NCBI GenBank assembly: GCA_963804995.1
Contig: CAWDSK010000003.1
Coordinates: forward strand, 1,632,001 to 1,696,000
From: an uncultured Acidobacteriota bacterium
GTDB lineage: Bacteria > Acidobacteriota > Terriglobia > UBA7540
Direction: 5' to 3'
Length of the DNA: 64,000 bases
Positions 9,785 to 18,719 of this stretch are shown here, piece by piece. How positions within the stretch are numbered: the first letter of the stretch is position 1; every line of letters begins with the position of its first letter. A program made the translations under genes and the position numbers. The notes beneath the pieces are model-generated. The model did no database searches, was not told where the DNA came from, and saw only the letters and a list, made by a program, of their open reading frames with translations.

Positions 9785-10656
9785 GAGAAACATCCTAGCA
9801 CTAACAAGGCGAGCCAAAGCGCCGGGGCCCCAAAGAGCAGACTATCAATGCGGTCGAGAAATCCCCCGTGGCCCGGCAGAAGGGTGCCGGAATCCTTTTG
9901 ATTCGCCCCCCGTTTGATGGCGGACTCCACCAAGTCTCCCACCTGGCCCGCCAACGCAATCCAGGCTGCAAGCAGAATAACCACTTTTACGTTGGCTGTC
10001 GCCAAGAACCAATGCGCAAATAACCAGGCGGCGAGAAGGCTACCGGCCAAACCCGCCAGCGCGCCCTCCCAGGTTTTGCGGGGAGAAATACGGGCGAAGA
10101 ACGGTGTGCGGCCCATCGAGCGGCCTATCAGATACGCACAGATGTCGCCTGCCCAAATCACCAGGAACAATAACATGACCAACACGGAGCCGAGGCTCAG
10201 CCCCATCATTTGGATCGGTTCCTTCGAAAGCATCCCGAGATTTCCGAATGAACTATACAAGGCAAAGCGGATTGGCACCAGGCACGAGAGAGCGAAACCG
10301 ATGTACAAAATCCCGAAAATGGTTACCGAAATAGCCGCGAGATAGTCTTTTAAGTCCATGCTCCGCCTCAGAGCCAAGCTGGGAATGAGCAGCAGGAACA
10401 CCCCGAGCATGGGTGCCACCCCAAAGTGGTTAACTTGCCACGGCAAAGCCTGCACCACGCACAGCGCTGCTCCTGCCCCATAGCCGATCCAGGGAAATAC
10501 CTTATAGCCCATGGCGCGGCACAACGCGAAGTACTCGCGCAGGGCGAGCAGTACGCCGGCTACGACTGCGAGCAGGAAGAGCCATTTCGGGGACCACCCA
10601 ATCAGGTATACGACGGGGGGAATCAGCAAAACAGCGGTTAGAGTGCGTTTCAGCAT
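9781..10656 (-). CDS. cdsA: Phosphatidate cytidylyltransferase
   Basis: ISPRKTWEG, GDLVESAIKR, KDSGTLLPGHGGFLDRIDS. Confidence 0.96.
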   Translation of the reverse strand: MLKRTLTAVLLIPPVVYLIGWSPKWLFLLAVVAGVLLALREYFALCRAMGYKVFPWIGYGAGAALCVVQALPWQVNHFGVAPMLGVFLLLIPSLALRRSMDLKDYLAAISVTIFGILYIGFALSCLVPIRFALYSSFGNLGMLSKEPIQMMGLSLGSVLVMLLFLVIWAGDICAYLIGRSMGRTPFFARISPRKTWEGALAGLAGSLLAAWLFAHWFLATANVKVVILLAAWIALAGQVGDLVESAIKRGANQKDSGTLLPGHGGFLDRIDSLLFGAPALWLALLVLGCFS

Positions 10657-10671
10657 GTGCAGAGAAGAGGG

Positions 10672-10825
10672 CGAAAATCGAAACTCGAAATTCGAAACTC
10701 GTCGCGATTTTGGGTTCGGGATTTCCTCATTCGGTGGTCAGGCGTTCGATGCGGTTGGTCACTGGGTGACGAAACTTGCAAATCGAATCTTTCCACGATT
10801 TTCGAGTTTCGAATTTCGAGTTTCG
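10672..10825. repeat. Inverted pair of heptamer tandem arrays (CGAAA[A/C/T]T-type)
   Basis: CGAAAAT CGAAACT CGAAATT CGAAACT at 10672-10699 and the complementary array at 10796-10825. Confidence 0.75.
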
Positions 10826-10835
10826 GCCTTTCCAG

Positions 10836-11585
10836 TCAGCTCATCCCCAACCCGCCGTAACGACGCTCCCGCTTTTGGTAATCGATGATGGCTTGAAACA
10901 AATCCATTTGGGTGAAGTCCGGCCAAAGGGTTTCCGTTACCCAGAGCTCAGCATAGGCGATTTGCCAGAGCAGAAAATTACTGAGGCGCAATTCCCCGCT
11001 GGTTCGAATCAAGAGATCCGGGTCGGGCAGATCACGCGTATAAAGATGCGCGTTCAGCATGGCTTCGCTGACCGTTATGGCTCCATTCCGCTGGGAGTCC
11101 GCCAACAACTCGCACACGGCATCCACCAGCTCGGCCCGCGCCCCGTAGTTCAACGCCAAGGTCAGGCGCATACCTTTATTCTGCCGGGTCCGATCCAGAG
11201 CGTTTTGCAAATCTTGCAAGACGGGCTTCGGCAATTCCTGGGTTCGGCCAATGACCCCCAGCCGGATGTTCTGCCGATTCAATTCACCGATTTCCTTCTT
11301 CAGGTATTCCCGCAGCAAACTCATCAAGAGCTTGATTTCCGTGTGCGGCCGCTTCCAATTCTCGACGGAGAAAGCATACAGGGTGAGATACGGGACACCC
11401 AGGCGCGCACACGCCTCGACGGCCTGCCGCACGGCGCTGATTCCGGCGCGGTGGCCGGCGATCCGGGGCAAACGTCGGCGCTTGGCCCACCGCCCGTTTC
11501 CATCCATAATCACCGCGATGTGCCGGGGCAAGCGGTCTAGGTCGACCTGCGCCAGGAGATCTGCTTCGGCAAGTTCCTTCTTCAC
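10836..11585 (-). CDS. uppS: Isoprenyl (undecaprenyl diphosphate) synthase; start approximate
   Basis: HIAVIMDGNGRWA, AFSVENWKR, LNYGAR, PDLLIRTSGELRLSNFLLWQIAYAEL. Confidence 0.95.
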   Translation of the reverse strand: MKKELAEADLLAQVDLDRLPRHIAVIMDGNGRWAKRRRLPRIAGHRAGISAVRQAVEACARLGVPYLTLYAFSVENWKRPHTEIKLLMSLLREYLKKEIGELNRQNIRLGVIGRTQELPKPVLQDLQNALDRTRQNKGMRLTLALNYGARAELVDAVCELLADSQRNGAITVSEAMLNAHLYTRDLPDPDLLIRTSGELRLSNFLLWQIAYAELWVTETLWPDFTQMDLFQAIIDYQKRERRYGGLGMS

Positions 11586-11703
11586 GCCCACGGGGACCTT
11601 TTGATTTCTCCAGTAAACAGAAAAGTTAACATACCGCTCTATTAACCGCAAGCAGGCTGCGGGTGTGGAGAATCTTGCCGTTCCGTTGCACAATCGCGCG
11701 GGT

Positions 11704-12975
11704 TCAGGATCCGGCCGGGAGCTGGCTGGGAAAGAAAGAGGTTACGACGAGCATCAAGGTGAGGACGATCATAACGATACAGGTTATCCAAGCGATGACA
11801 TTGAAAGCCCTGCTGTTGCGGTAATTCCCCATGATGTCTTCGCGGTTCGTCAACTGCAACATGAAGATCACCACGAAAGGCAGCAGGATACCGTTGGCCA
11901 CTTGCGAAAGAAGGATGATGGGAACTTGCTGCGCCTCACTGAGCAAGACTACCGCGAGCATGCCCATGAAAATCAAACTGGAATAGAGCCAGTAGAAGGC
12001 CGGCGCTTCTTTGTACCGCTTGTTGATTCCAGATTCCAGCCCCAACCCTTCGCACACGTAATAGGCCGTGGCTAGTGGCAGGATGCAGGCCGAGAATAAT
12101 GAAGCATTGCAAAGCCCCACAGCGAACAAAGCGCTGGCGGCGTGGCCGGCCAGGGGCCGCAAGGCCATGGCCGCATCGCCGGCATCTTTGATGTCCCGGT
12201 GTCCCGTCATGTAGATGGTGGCGGCGCAAGCAACAATAATGAAGAAGGCCACCACGTCCGTCATGATGCAGCCCACAATAACGTCCAGGCGGGAATAAAT
12301 GTAATCCCTAAGTTTCACACCTTTTTCCACCACCGCGGATTGCAAGTAAAACTGCATCCAGGGAGCAATGGTCGTACCCACCAACCCGATGACCATGTAG
12401 AGATAACCCGAGCTGAATTGGAAAGAGGGTTTCACCGTACTCACCAGCGCCCCCGTCCAGTCCGGACGAGCGAGAAAGCACGAGATGGGGTAAGCAAGGT
12501 AGATCACGCAGGCAGCCAGGAAGACTTTCTCCACATGGTGATAAGTTCCCTTGACCACCAGAAGCCAGACGAAGATCGCCCCCAAAGGCACGGCCACGAA
12601 ACGGCTCATGCCGAACACTGACATTCCGGAAGCCAAACCGGCAAACTCAGACACCGTATTCCCCAGGTCCGTGATGATCAGCAGGACCATCAGAATGAAA
12701 GTGGTCCGGAAGCCATATTCCTCCCGGATCAGGTCCGCCAGGCCTTTGCCGGTGACCACGCCCATGCGGCTCACCATCTCCTGCACGATGATCAGGGCCA
12801 CCGTGATCGGAATCAGCGTCCAGAGAAGCGAGAATCCGTATTTTGCGCCTGCGACCGAGTAGGTGTAGATGCCGCCCGCGTCGTTATCGACATTAGCCGT
12901 GATGATGCCGGGGCCGAGAACGGCAACGAAGATCAGCACGCGCGTCCAGAAATGACGAAAATTTTTGCGGTACAA
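11704..12975 (-). CDS. Nramp-family divalent metal transporter, likely the Nramp-related Mg2+ transporter subgroup
   Basis: GPGIIT.NVDNDAGG and GTTIAPW in place of canonical MntH DPGN/MPH; about 11 TM segments; downstream of an MgtE-N/CBS gene. Confidence 0.85.
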   Translation of the reverse strand: MYRKNFRHFWTRVLIFVAVLGPGIITANVDNDAGGIYTYSVAGAKYGFSLLWTLIPITVALIIVQEMVSRMGVVTGKGLADLIREEYGFRTTFILMVLLIITDLGNTVSEFAGLASGMSVFGMSRFVAVPLGAIFVWLLVVKGTYHHVEKVFLAACVIYLAYPISCFLARPDWTGALVSTVKPSFQFSSGYLYMVIGLVGTTIAPWMQFYLQSAVVEKGVKLRDYIYSRLDVIVGCIMTDVVAFFIIVACAATIYMTGHRDIKDAGDAAMALRPLAGHAASALFAVGLCNASLFSACILPLATAYYVCEGLGLESGINKRYKEAPAFYWLYSSLIFMGMLAVVLLSEAQQVPIILLSQVANGILLPFVVIFMLQLTNREDIMGNYRNSRAFNVIAWITCIVMIVLTLMLVVTSFFPSQLPAGS

Positions 12976-12997
12976 TGCGATAGACTCCCTGGCAGAG

Positions 12998-14243
12998 TTA
13001 CTTCTTTTTGTTGATCACCAGTTCCAGCACGTTGTCAGCCGTGACGATGCCCAGCAAGTGGCCCCCTTCATCCAAGACCGGGAGGGACATGAGGTTATAT
13101 TTGTGGAAGAGATCCACAACCGATCTTGCATCCGCTTGCGCCTGTACGGAGATGAGAGGATCAGCCGAAAGGTCTACGAGGGGCGAACTGGCCTCTGACA
13201 GGGCAATCCGCGCCACGGGCACCGCCCCCGTCAGGACCACGTCCTTGTTAATAAGATAGATAACGTGAACCGACTCGATCGGCCCCTCGAAATTTTTCAA
13301 GGCTTCAATGGCTCCGGCCACGGTGGCGGAATCATGCACCACCACATACTCAGTGGTCATGATGGCCCCCGCGGTATTTTCCTCGAATCCCAGCAGCTCC
13401 CGCACTTCCTTGGCTTCTTCCTTTTCCATATCGGCCAGCAGTTCTGCTGAGGTCTCCGGCGAAAGCTCGTTCAAGACGTTCCGCAGCTTCATCGGGTGGC
13501 ATCTCCTCCACAATGTCAGCCGCTTTGCCAGGCGCGATACTCTCCAGCAAATCCGCCTGCATTTTCGTGGGAATTTCAGAGAGCGCCTGGGCTGCGGTCT
13601 CGTCGTCCAAGGATTCAATTAACGCCTTCTGCTCGTTATGGCTCAAGTCTTCGAGAATGTCGGCGATATCGGCGGGGTGGAGTTCCGCCAACCGGTCATA
13701 GGAGATGCGCAGCTTCACCCGGCGCGCTGGATCAGATTCAATCAGGTTTACAAACTCCCAGAGGATTGTCCGGGTAGGCAGGTAATTGGTGACCAGCCGG
13801 ATGTTGTGCTTGGCCATGGTCCCCTGGAGCAGCCGCCGCACCGCCGCTGCCAGGCCCACATTGACGTTGATGATACGAAGTTCGGTGTGCCCGTCTGTGG
13901 GCTGGATGTCGAAGTCCACGTCATTCACCCGCACCACCTTACGATTGTTGACATCAATGATCTGCTGGTCCAGTACATCCTTCTTAATATGAATCATCCC
14001 CTCATCGGGCGCGTAACAACGCACCTCTTCGCGCGGCACACTGGTTTGTCCGGCGCGCACCGAGATGGATTGCATCTGCTCGTGCGTGATGCACTGGATC
14101 TTCTTCTTCGGTGTCCGGACCAGATACGCCGACACTCGCGTGGGGTTCTGGCTGGGGTCCACGCACATATCCTCCAGGTGCCCCAGAAACTCACCTTTCA
14201 CCCCGTACATGGGAAGATTCTGTAGTTCGGTGAAGTAGATCAT
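12998..14243 (-). CDS. Soluble MgtE-like protein (PRC-barrel + MgtE N-terminal + CBS pair); frameshifted by one extra base at 13479-13480
   Basis: DVLDQQIIDVNNRKVVRVND, LHPADIADILE, MPPDEAA then VLNEL...TAGAIMTTE and CBS domains in the next frame; removing one A restores AADVLNE. Confidence 0.85.
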
Positions 14244-14310
14244 CGCAATCCTCTTTGGCAACGAGTCTGCCCTATCCTTGGTTCAACCCTTAAGACGCCT
14301 GCAAGTCCTT

Positions 14311-14361
14311 GTAGCGCCGACCTTGAGGTCGGCACGTGTCCCGACAGGTCGGGACGCTACA
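14311..14361. repeat. REP-like element GTAGCGCCGACC...GACGCTACA
   Basis: GTAGCG/CGCTAC termini enclosing two hairpins. Confidence 0.6.
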
Positions 14362-14485
14362 ACCTCAGTCCCGGAAGCCATACACACCAAGGTTTGAGCC
14401 GTAATGCACTTGTGTCATGCACCCGTTGGCCCGTTCCCGGGTTTCCCCGCTTGGGTTTGCGTAGTACCCTCGCCTAACGAAGTAA
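14362..14485 (-). ncRNA. Candidate cis-regulatory structured RNA with M-box-like termini
   Basis: Begins CUUCGUUAGGCGAGG and ends GACUGAGG; nested helices can be drawn by hand; lies in the leader of the MgtE-N/Nramp operon. Confidence 0.5.
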
Positions 14486-14549
14486 ATTTTCCTAAATGTG
14501 CTCGTGCTGCTAGCTCTCAGGCTTAAACCACCATGAGCCCTTTCACTAC

Positions 14550-14577
14550 CTAATACGGCCTATTAATACCTTGTCAA
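14550..14577 (-). promoter_or_regulatory. Candidate sigma70 promoter for the MgtE-N/Nramp leader
   Basis: TTGACA at 14577-14572 with a weak -10 (TATTAG, 16-bp spacer). Confidence 0.45.
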
Positions 14578-14679
14578 GAAAAAACCGCATTCCATGCGCC
14601 AAAAACTGCCATGCGAGTTTTCCTCATTCTGTTCCAAACTTCCTGGGCCCTAAAACTCAAAGTGCACCCCCAGGGAACC

Positions 14680-16284
14680 TCAAAACTCGGTGTGCATCCG
14701 CAGGGCGAAGATATTGACCGGTCCGCGGGCGTGGTTATATGCCGGGTCTTGCGCGAATTGATAATCCGGCGTCAACTGGAAGTGTTTCGCGATTCTCCAG
14801 TTGTAATAAGCTTCGACGAGGCGCTCCGCACGGTAGTCGAGGGCTCCGTCGCCGACTAGAATTCCCAGACCACCCGCCGCAAGGTACTGCCGATGGACGG
14901 CGCTGATGCCGTTGACGACCACGCCGAGCCCTACCGTGTCCTGCGGGCGGCGCCACCGCGCCCCTTTCAGGCTCAGCCCCGCCGTGGCGGTGCGATCCAC
15001 GTCGGTAAATTCATACGTCTGGTTTTTGCCATCGCTCCAACCCAGGCGCGCGAAGACCCCCAGGTTCTTGCGAATTTCCTGCTCCAGATTGATACCAAAG
15101 CCATACTTGTATCGGTACGCCGCAGTGAACAGGATATACTCGCCCAGACTGGGATTATTGAGGGTGTCCTGGTAGCTTCCCATGTGCGCCCGCTGGTCGT
15201 AGGCGAGCAGGCGTATAGCCCCCGCATGTCCTTTCGGCGCAAATCGCCTTTCGACCTCCGCTACCGCGGACCAGGCATGGGCCAGGTTCCAGTCCAGTCG
15301 AATTCCGTTCGCGACCTTCGACACCTGAAAAATACCCAGCCGCCCGGTCCAGGCGCGGGTATTCAATTCGGCTGCGGCGCCATTCGTGAATCCCAGCGTG
15401 TCGGCCGGATAGTCCCATGTGACATTGGCCACCAAGGCCCAATTCATGAACTGGGATCGGCCGTCGTTGGCGTAAGCGTTGGTGTCAAAGATGTCTTTGG
15501 CGCTGAGGTGGCCCGCCGTAAACGTCAGGTTCCGAACGTCCTTTTTCCCGCCCAATTCGAACGGCGCGTCATCGGCAGCTTCCTTTTCCCCACCGAAGCC
15601 GATCCTCTCGCGAATAAAAGCGCGGCAGAGGTAGGCATCCGGATAAGTCTTCCCGACCCGATACGCCTCGCCATTCGGAAACCCCGCCAGGCCGAGCGTG
15701 TTGCTCAGGCCGTATCCTTGCCACATGAGGGCGTCCGCGAAAAATTCTCCCCCGCGCCACAACCGTACGCCACCTGTCACATCCACGGACACAGTGTCTC
15801 TAATCTGAGCACCAGGGGTAAGACTGTTCGTGCCAGTATATTCAGCAGGGAATGAAGGGTGGCCTTGACCGACCACCGTGGACTGGAAGTGAATGTTCCA
15901 AGGCTGCGGATCCGACGGCGTGTTCGGGTCGGCGTCCTGACCATACAAACCTCGGCAGGATATACCGAGAGCCAAGAGAACCGCCCACCCGAGCCTCCGA
16001 TGTTGAAGCCTTGCGCTCAGACTTCCGAATCCCATCATTGCTTGTCGCAAAAGTGACAAAGTGAGATCAAAAACGCGGCGTGCCCCAAGATCAATCGGCT
16101 TGAGAACGGCGAGCACGCCCATCAGGATATCACGGCGCCCACCGGGTGGTCCTCCTGGACGGCACGGTGGGAGGGCAATATCCTCCGACCGCGGCAGGCA
16201 AACTATGTGAGGCACGCCGGAGGACGTTCTCCAGTTTGCTACGAGCCGGTTTTCGCGATCAACAATCCATTTCATTTCTAGCAT
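14680..16284 (-). CDS. OprB-family outer-membrane porin, similar in type to high-affinity Mn2+ porins; alternative start at 16038
   Basis: GFPNGEAYRVG, DIFDTNAYAND.RSQFMNW, WDYPAD..GFT, LGILVGDG.L.Y, C-terminal HTEF; GGAGGAG RBS before ATG 16284. Confidence 0.85.
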   Translation of the reverse strand: MLEMKWIVDRENRLVANWRTSSGVPHIVCLPRSEDIALPPCRPGGPPGGRRDILMGVLAVLKPIDLGARRVFDLTLSLLRQAMMGFGSLSARLQHRRLGWAVLLALGISCRGLYGQDADPNTPSDPQPWNIHFQSTVVGQGHPSFPAEYTGTNSLTPGAQIRDTVSVDVTGGVRLWRGGEFFADALMWQGYGLSNTLGLAGFPNGEAYRVGKTYPDAYLCRAFIRERIGFGGEKEAADDAPFELGGKKDVRNLTFTAGHLSAKDIFDTNAYANDGRSQFMNWALVANVTWDYPADTLGFTNGAAAELNTRAWTGRLGIFQVSKVANGIRLDWNLAHAWSAVAEVERRFAPKGHAGAIRLLAYDQRAHMGSYQDTLNNPSLGEYILFTAAYRYKYGFGINLEQEIRKNLGVFARLGWSDGKNQTYEFTDVDRTATAGLSLKGARWRRPQDTVGLGVVVNGISAVHRQYLAAGGLGILVGDGALDYRAERLVEAYYNWRIAKHFQLTPDYQFAQDPAYNHARGPVNIFALRMHTEF

Positions 16285-16459
16285 TTTCTCCTCCGCGTGC
16301 GTTGATTTTGTTTCGCTCATGTTAAGCGCTGGTAATATGCGGTGTTCCCAATCACGACCCACTTTCCCTTGACAGACAATTAAACCCACCCCAACCCCGG
16401 GGTCGATCTAAAACGTCGCTCATCAACCTTTCTGGAGGAAGGCCTGCGGCTCAGGAGGG

Positions 16460-16493
16460 AACAAATATGCCCTCCCCGCAAACAAGGAAGGGC
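16460..16493 (-). terminator. Candidate terminator in the M-box expression platform
   Basis: GCCCUUCCU/GGGGAGGGC stem followed by AUAUUUGUU. Confidence 0.4.
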
Positions 16494-16544
16494 TAGATCC
16501 GAGGCCGACTACGACAACCGCAAAACGGACGCCGTGAACCGGAA

Positions 16545-16716
16545 TTCCTCACTCGCCCAAGCTTTAGCACCGCGCGCCGTGAGAGGTCTTTCGGCCTCAG
16601 CCACGTTAGGCAAACCCTTAATCCGAGAGTGCCTGTTGTACCCGACTTCAGAGCCTCTTTCGATGCTCTTGGGCAGTGGCCTGTGTGCCGCGCGGGAGCC
16701 TCGCCTACCGAGGATC
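16545..16716 (-). ncRNA. M-box (ykoK leader) Mg2+ riboswitch
   Basis: CUCGGUAGGCGAGGCUCC...CACAGGCCACUGCCC...GAAAG...GGGUACAACAGG...UAAGG...UAACGUGGCUG...GGUGCUAAAGCU...GAGUGAGG follows the ykoK consensus order; upstream of metal-uptake genes. Confidence 0.92.
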
Positions 16717-16775
16717 CGTTTAAATTCTGACTGCACAGCCTGCTGCTTTCACCAAGGCTGCACAGCCCGATTGGC

Positions 16776-16805
16776 AAGTTACACCGCGTGAAAAAGAACT
16801 GTCAA
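16776..16805 (-). promoter_or_regulatory. Candidate sigma70 promoter for the M-box/porin transcript
   Basis: TTGACA-N18-TAACTT. Confidence 0.5.
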
Positions 16806-16971
16806 GAAGAAAAGCCGTCTCTTTCGGTTTTTTTCGAAATTTTCATCCAGGTTAGGCAGCGGAAGGATCCAAACACTTTGTGGAGTTCCTATTCCTATCC
16901 GGCTGGCGAACCCTGATGGGTGGCTATTGAACCTTCATCACCCGGATTCATCTGACCCCTGTCCATAAAGG

Positions 16972-17523
16972 TCAGGCTCGCGCCGATTGCTGGGCCCCGG
17001 CATGGGTCTTAAGCGCCTGCACGATTCCCCGGCAAAACGCCGGCAAATCCCCGGGCACGCGCGAGGTAATCAGGTTGCCGTCCACTACCACCTCTTCATC
17101 TACGTAGTTGGCCCCGGCGTGAATCATGTCGTCCTTTATCGCGCGGAAGCACGTGGCCTTGCGACCTCGCAGGATGTCCGCCGAGCACAGCACCCACCCG
17201 GCGTGGCAGATGGCAGCGACGATCTTGCCGGCCTTGTCCATGTCGCGAACGAAGTTCAGCATGCGCTCGTCCTGCCGCAGGGTGTCCGGCGCCCATCCGC
17301 CCGGAATGACAACGGCGTCGAAATCCCGCGCGCTAACCTCGGCAATCGACTTATCGGAGACCACGGGGTAACCCTTCTTGCTGATATAAGTCTTCCCTGC
17401 CTCAGCGCCGACGGTCACGGTCGTAGCTCCGTCTTCCTGAAACCGCAGAAGCGGATACCAAACCTCCATCTCCTGATATTGGTCAGCCGCCAAGACGGCG
17501 ATTCGTTTTCCTTGTAAATCCAT
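16972..17523 (-). CDS. PfpI/DJ-1 family protein (type 1 glutamine amidotransferase-like)
   Basis: YQEME, IPGGWAPD.LR, AICHAG, VVVDGNLITSR.P.DLPAF. Confidence 0.92.
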   Translation of the reverse strand: MDLQGKRIAVLAADQYQEMEVWYPLLRFQEDGATTVTVGAEAGKTYISKKGYPVVSDKSIAEVSARDFDAVVIPGGWAPDTLRQDERMLNFVRDMDKAGKIVAAICHAGWVLCSADILRGRKATCFRAIKDDMIHAGANYVDEEVVVDGNLITSRVPGDLPAFCRGIVQALKTHAGAQQSARA

Positions 17524-17585
17524 CGCCCCCTCCTCTCAGGCCATCTATGTTATCACGTACGCTTCCTCCACTCACCGGCCTGGGG

Positions 17586-18410
17586 CTACTCCAACAAATT
17601 CTCCACCGGCGTGCTGATTGCCGTGTAGGCCTCCGGCTTGCGGTCGCGGAAAAGCGGAAAGTTGCGCCGGGCGGTAAACACCTCTTCGCGTTCGATGTCG
17701 AAGGAAATGATCTCCTCTTCCGTGCCACTGGCCTGGACGGCGATTTTGCCGCGCGGCGTAATGATCATGCTCTTACCTGACATGCGCCATTCACCTTCCC
17801 GGCCCACGTGGTTGCACGCCGCCAAAAATGCACCATTTTCAAGCGCCCGGGTGGTCAGGAAGTTTTCCCACGGATCATCGATGGGAGTGGCATAAGGCGC
17901 AATGATGAACTCCGCCCCGCGAATCGCCAGGCAGCGGCACGATTCCGGAAATAGGTTGTCATAGCAAGTCGAAATGCCCACGGTCCAATCGCCGACTTTG
18001 AAAACCGGGAAGGAAGAGCCACCGCGAAAATAGATCTTCTCCAGACTGAGCAGCGCCGCGGGATGAACCTTGCGGTACTTGCCCGCGATCTCGCCCTGGG
18101 GATTGATCAGCATCGCGGTGTCGTAATAAAGCCCCGCGCGTTCCACCTCGAAAATCGTGGAGACAATCCAGACTTTTAGCTCTTTCGCGCAAGCGCGCAT
18201 CCGCTCGGTGGTGGGCCCGGTGTCCGGCTCCGCGTAGTCCATGTAATGGTAATCGCGGAACTGCGGGAAGTACTCGCAGTTGAAAAACTCGGGGAGGACG
18301 ATAAAGTTGGCGCCCTCCGCGGCGGCGCGCAAAACAAACTGGCTGGCCCGCTCCACGTTTTCATCGCGGGCGGCGGCCCGGCTGTTCATCTGGATCAATG
18401 AGAGTCGCAT
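17586..18410 (-). CDS. Carbon-nitrogen hydrolase (nitrilase superfamily amidase)
   Basis: LPEFF, YRKVH, CYD Glu-Lys-Cys triad; RALENG. Confidence 0.92.
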   Translation of the reverse strand: MRLSLIQMNSRAAARDENVERASQFVLRAAAEGANFIVLPEFFNCEYFPQFRDYHYMDYAEPDTGPTTERMRACAKELKVWIVSTIFEVERAGLYYDTAMLINPQGEIAGKYRKVHPAALLSLEKIYFRGGSSFPVFKVGDWTVGISTCYDNLFPESCRCLAIRGAEFIIAPYATPIDDPWENFLTTRALENGAFLAACNHVGREGEWRMSGKSMIITPRGKIAVQASGTEEEIISFDIEREEVFTARRNFPLFRDRKPEAYTAISTPVENLLE

Positions 18411-18554
18411 AGGGGTTCTGGATGGGTCCTTCGGCCCGTTAGAGTTTTTGGCTCATCTTAGAAAGCATGATCAATAACTTGCAATGCGCAACAATCCACA
18501 TAACCTGGTTTTTCGGCACCCTCCCTGGGAAAGGGATAACAATCAAACCCATAG

Positions 18555-18688
18555 CCCTCTCCTGTGGGGAGAGGGTGGACCGCTGCCGGCGTTTTCATCA
18601 GCCGGAGCGGGACGGGCTTACGCCCACCGAAGGGGCACTTGGGAGCCGTGAACGACTTCGGCTTCGGCCCGCAGGCGGGTGAGGGGTC
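18555..18688 (+). repeat. REP-like CCCTCTCC...GGAGAGGG...GGGTGAGGGG element with a ~63-bp internal insertion
   Basis: Similar to 26034-26103 (reverse), 32305-32379 and 62442-62516. Confidence 0.8.
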
Positions 18689-18719
18689 TCTTCCTGACTG
18701 AACTAACCGCCCCGCGCAC

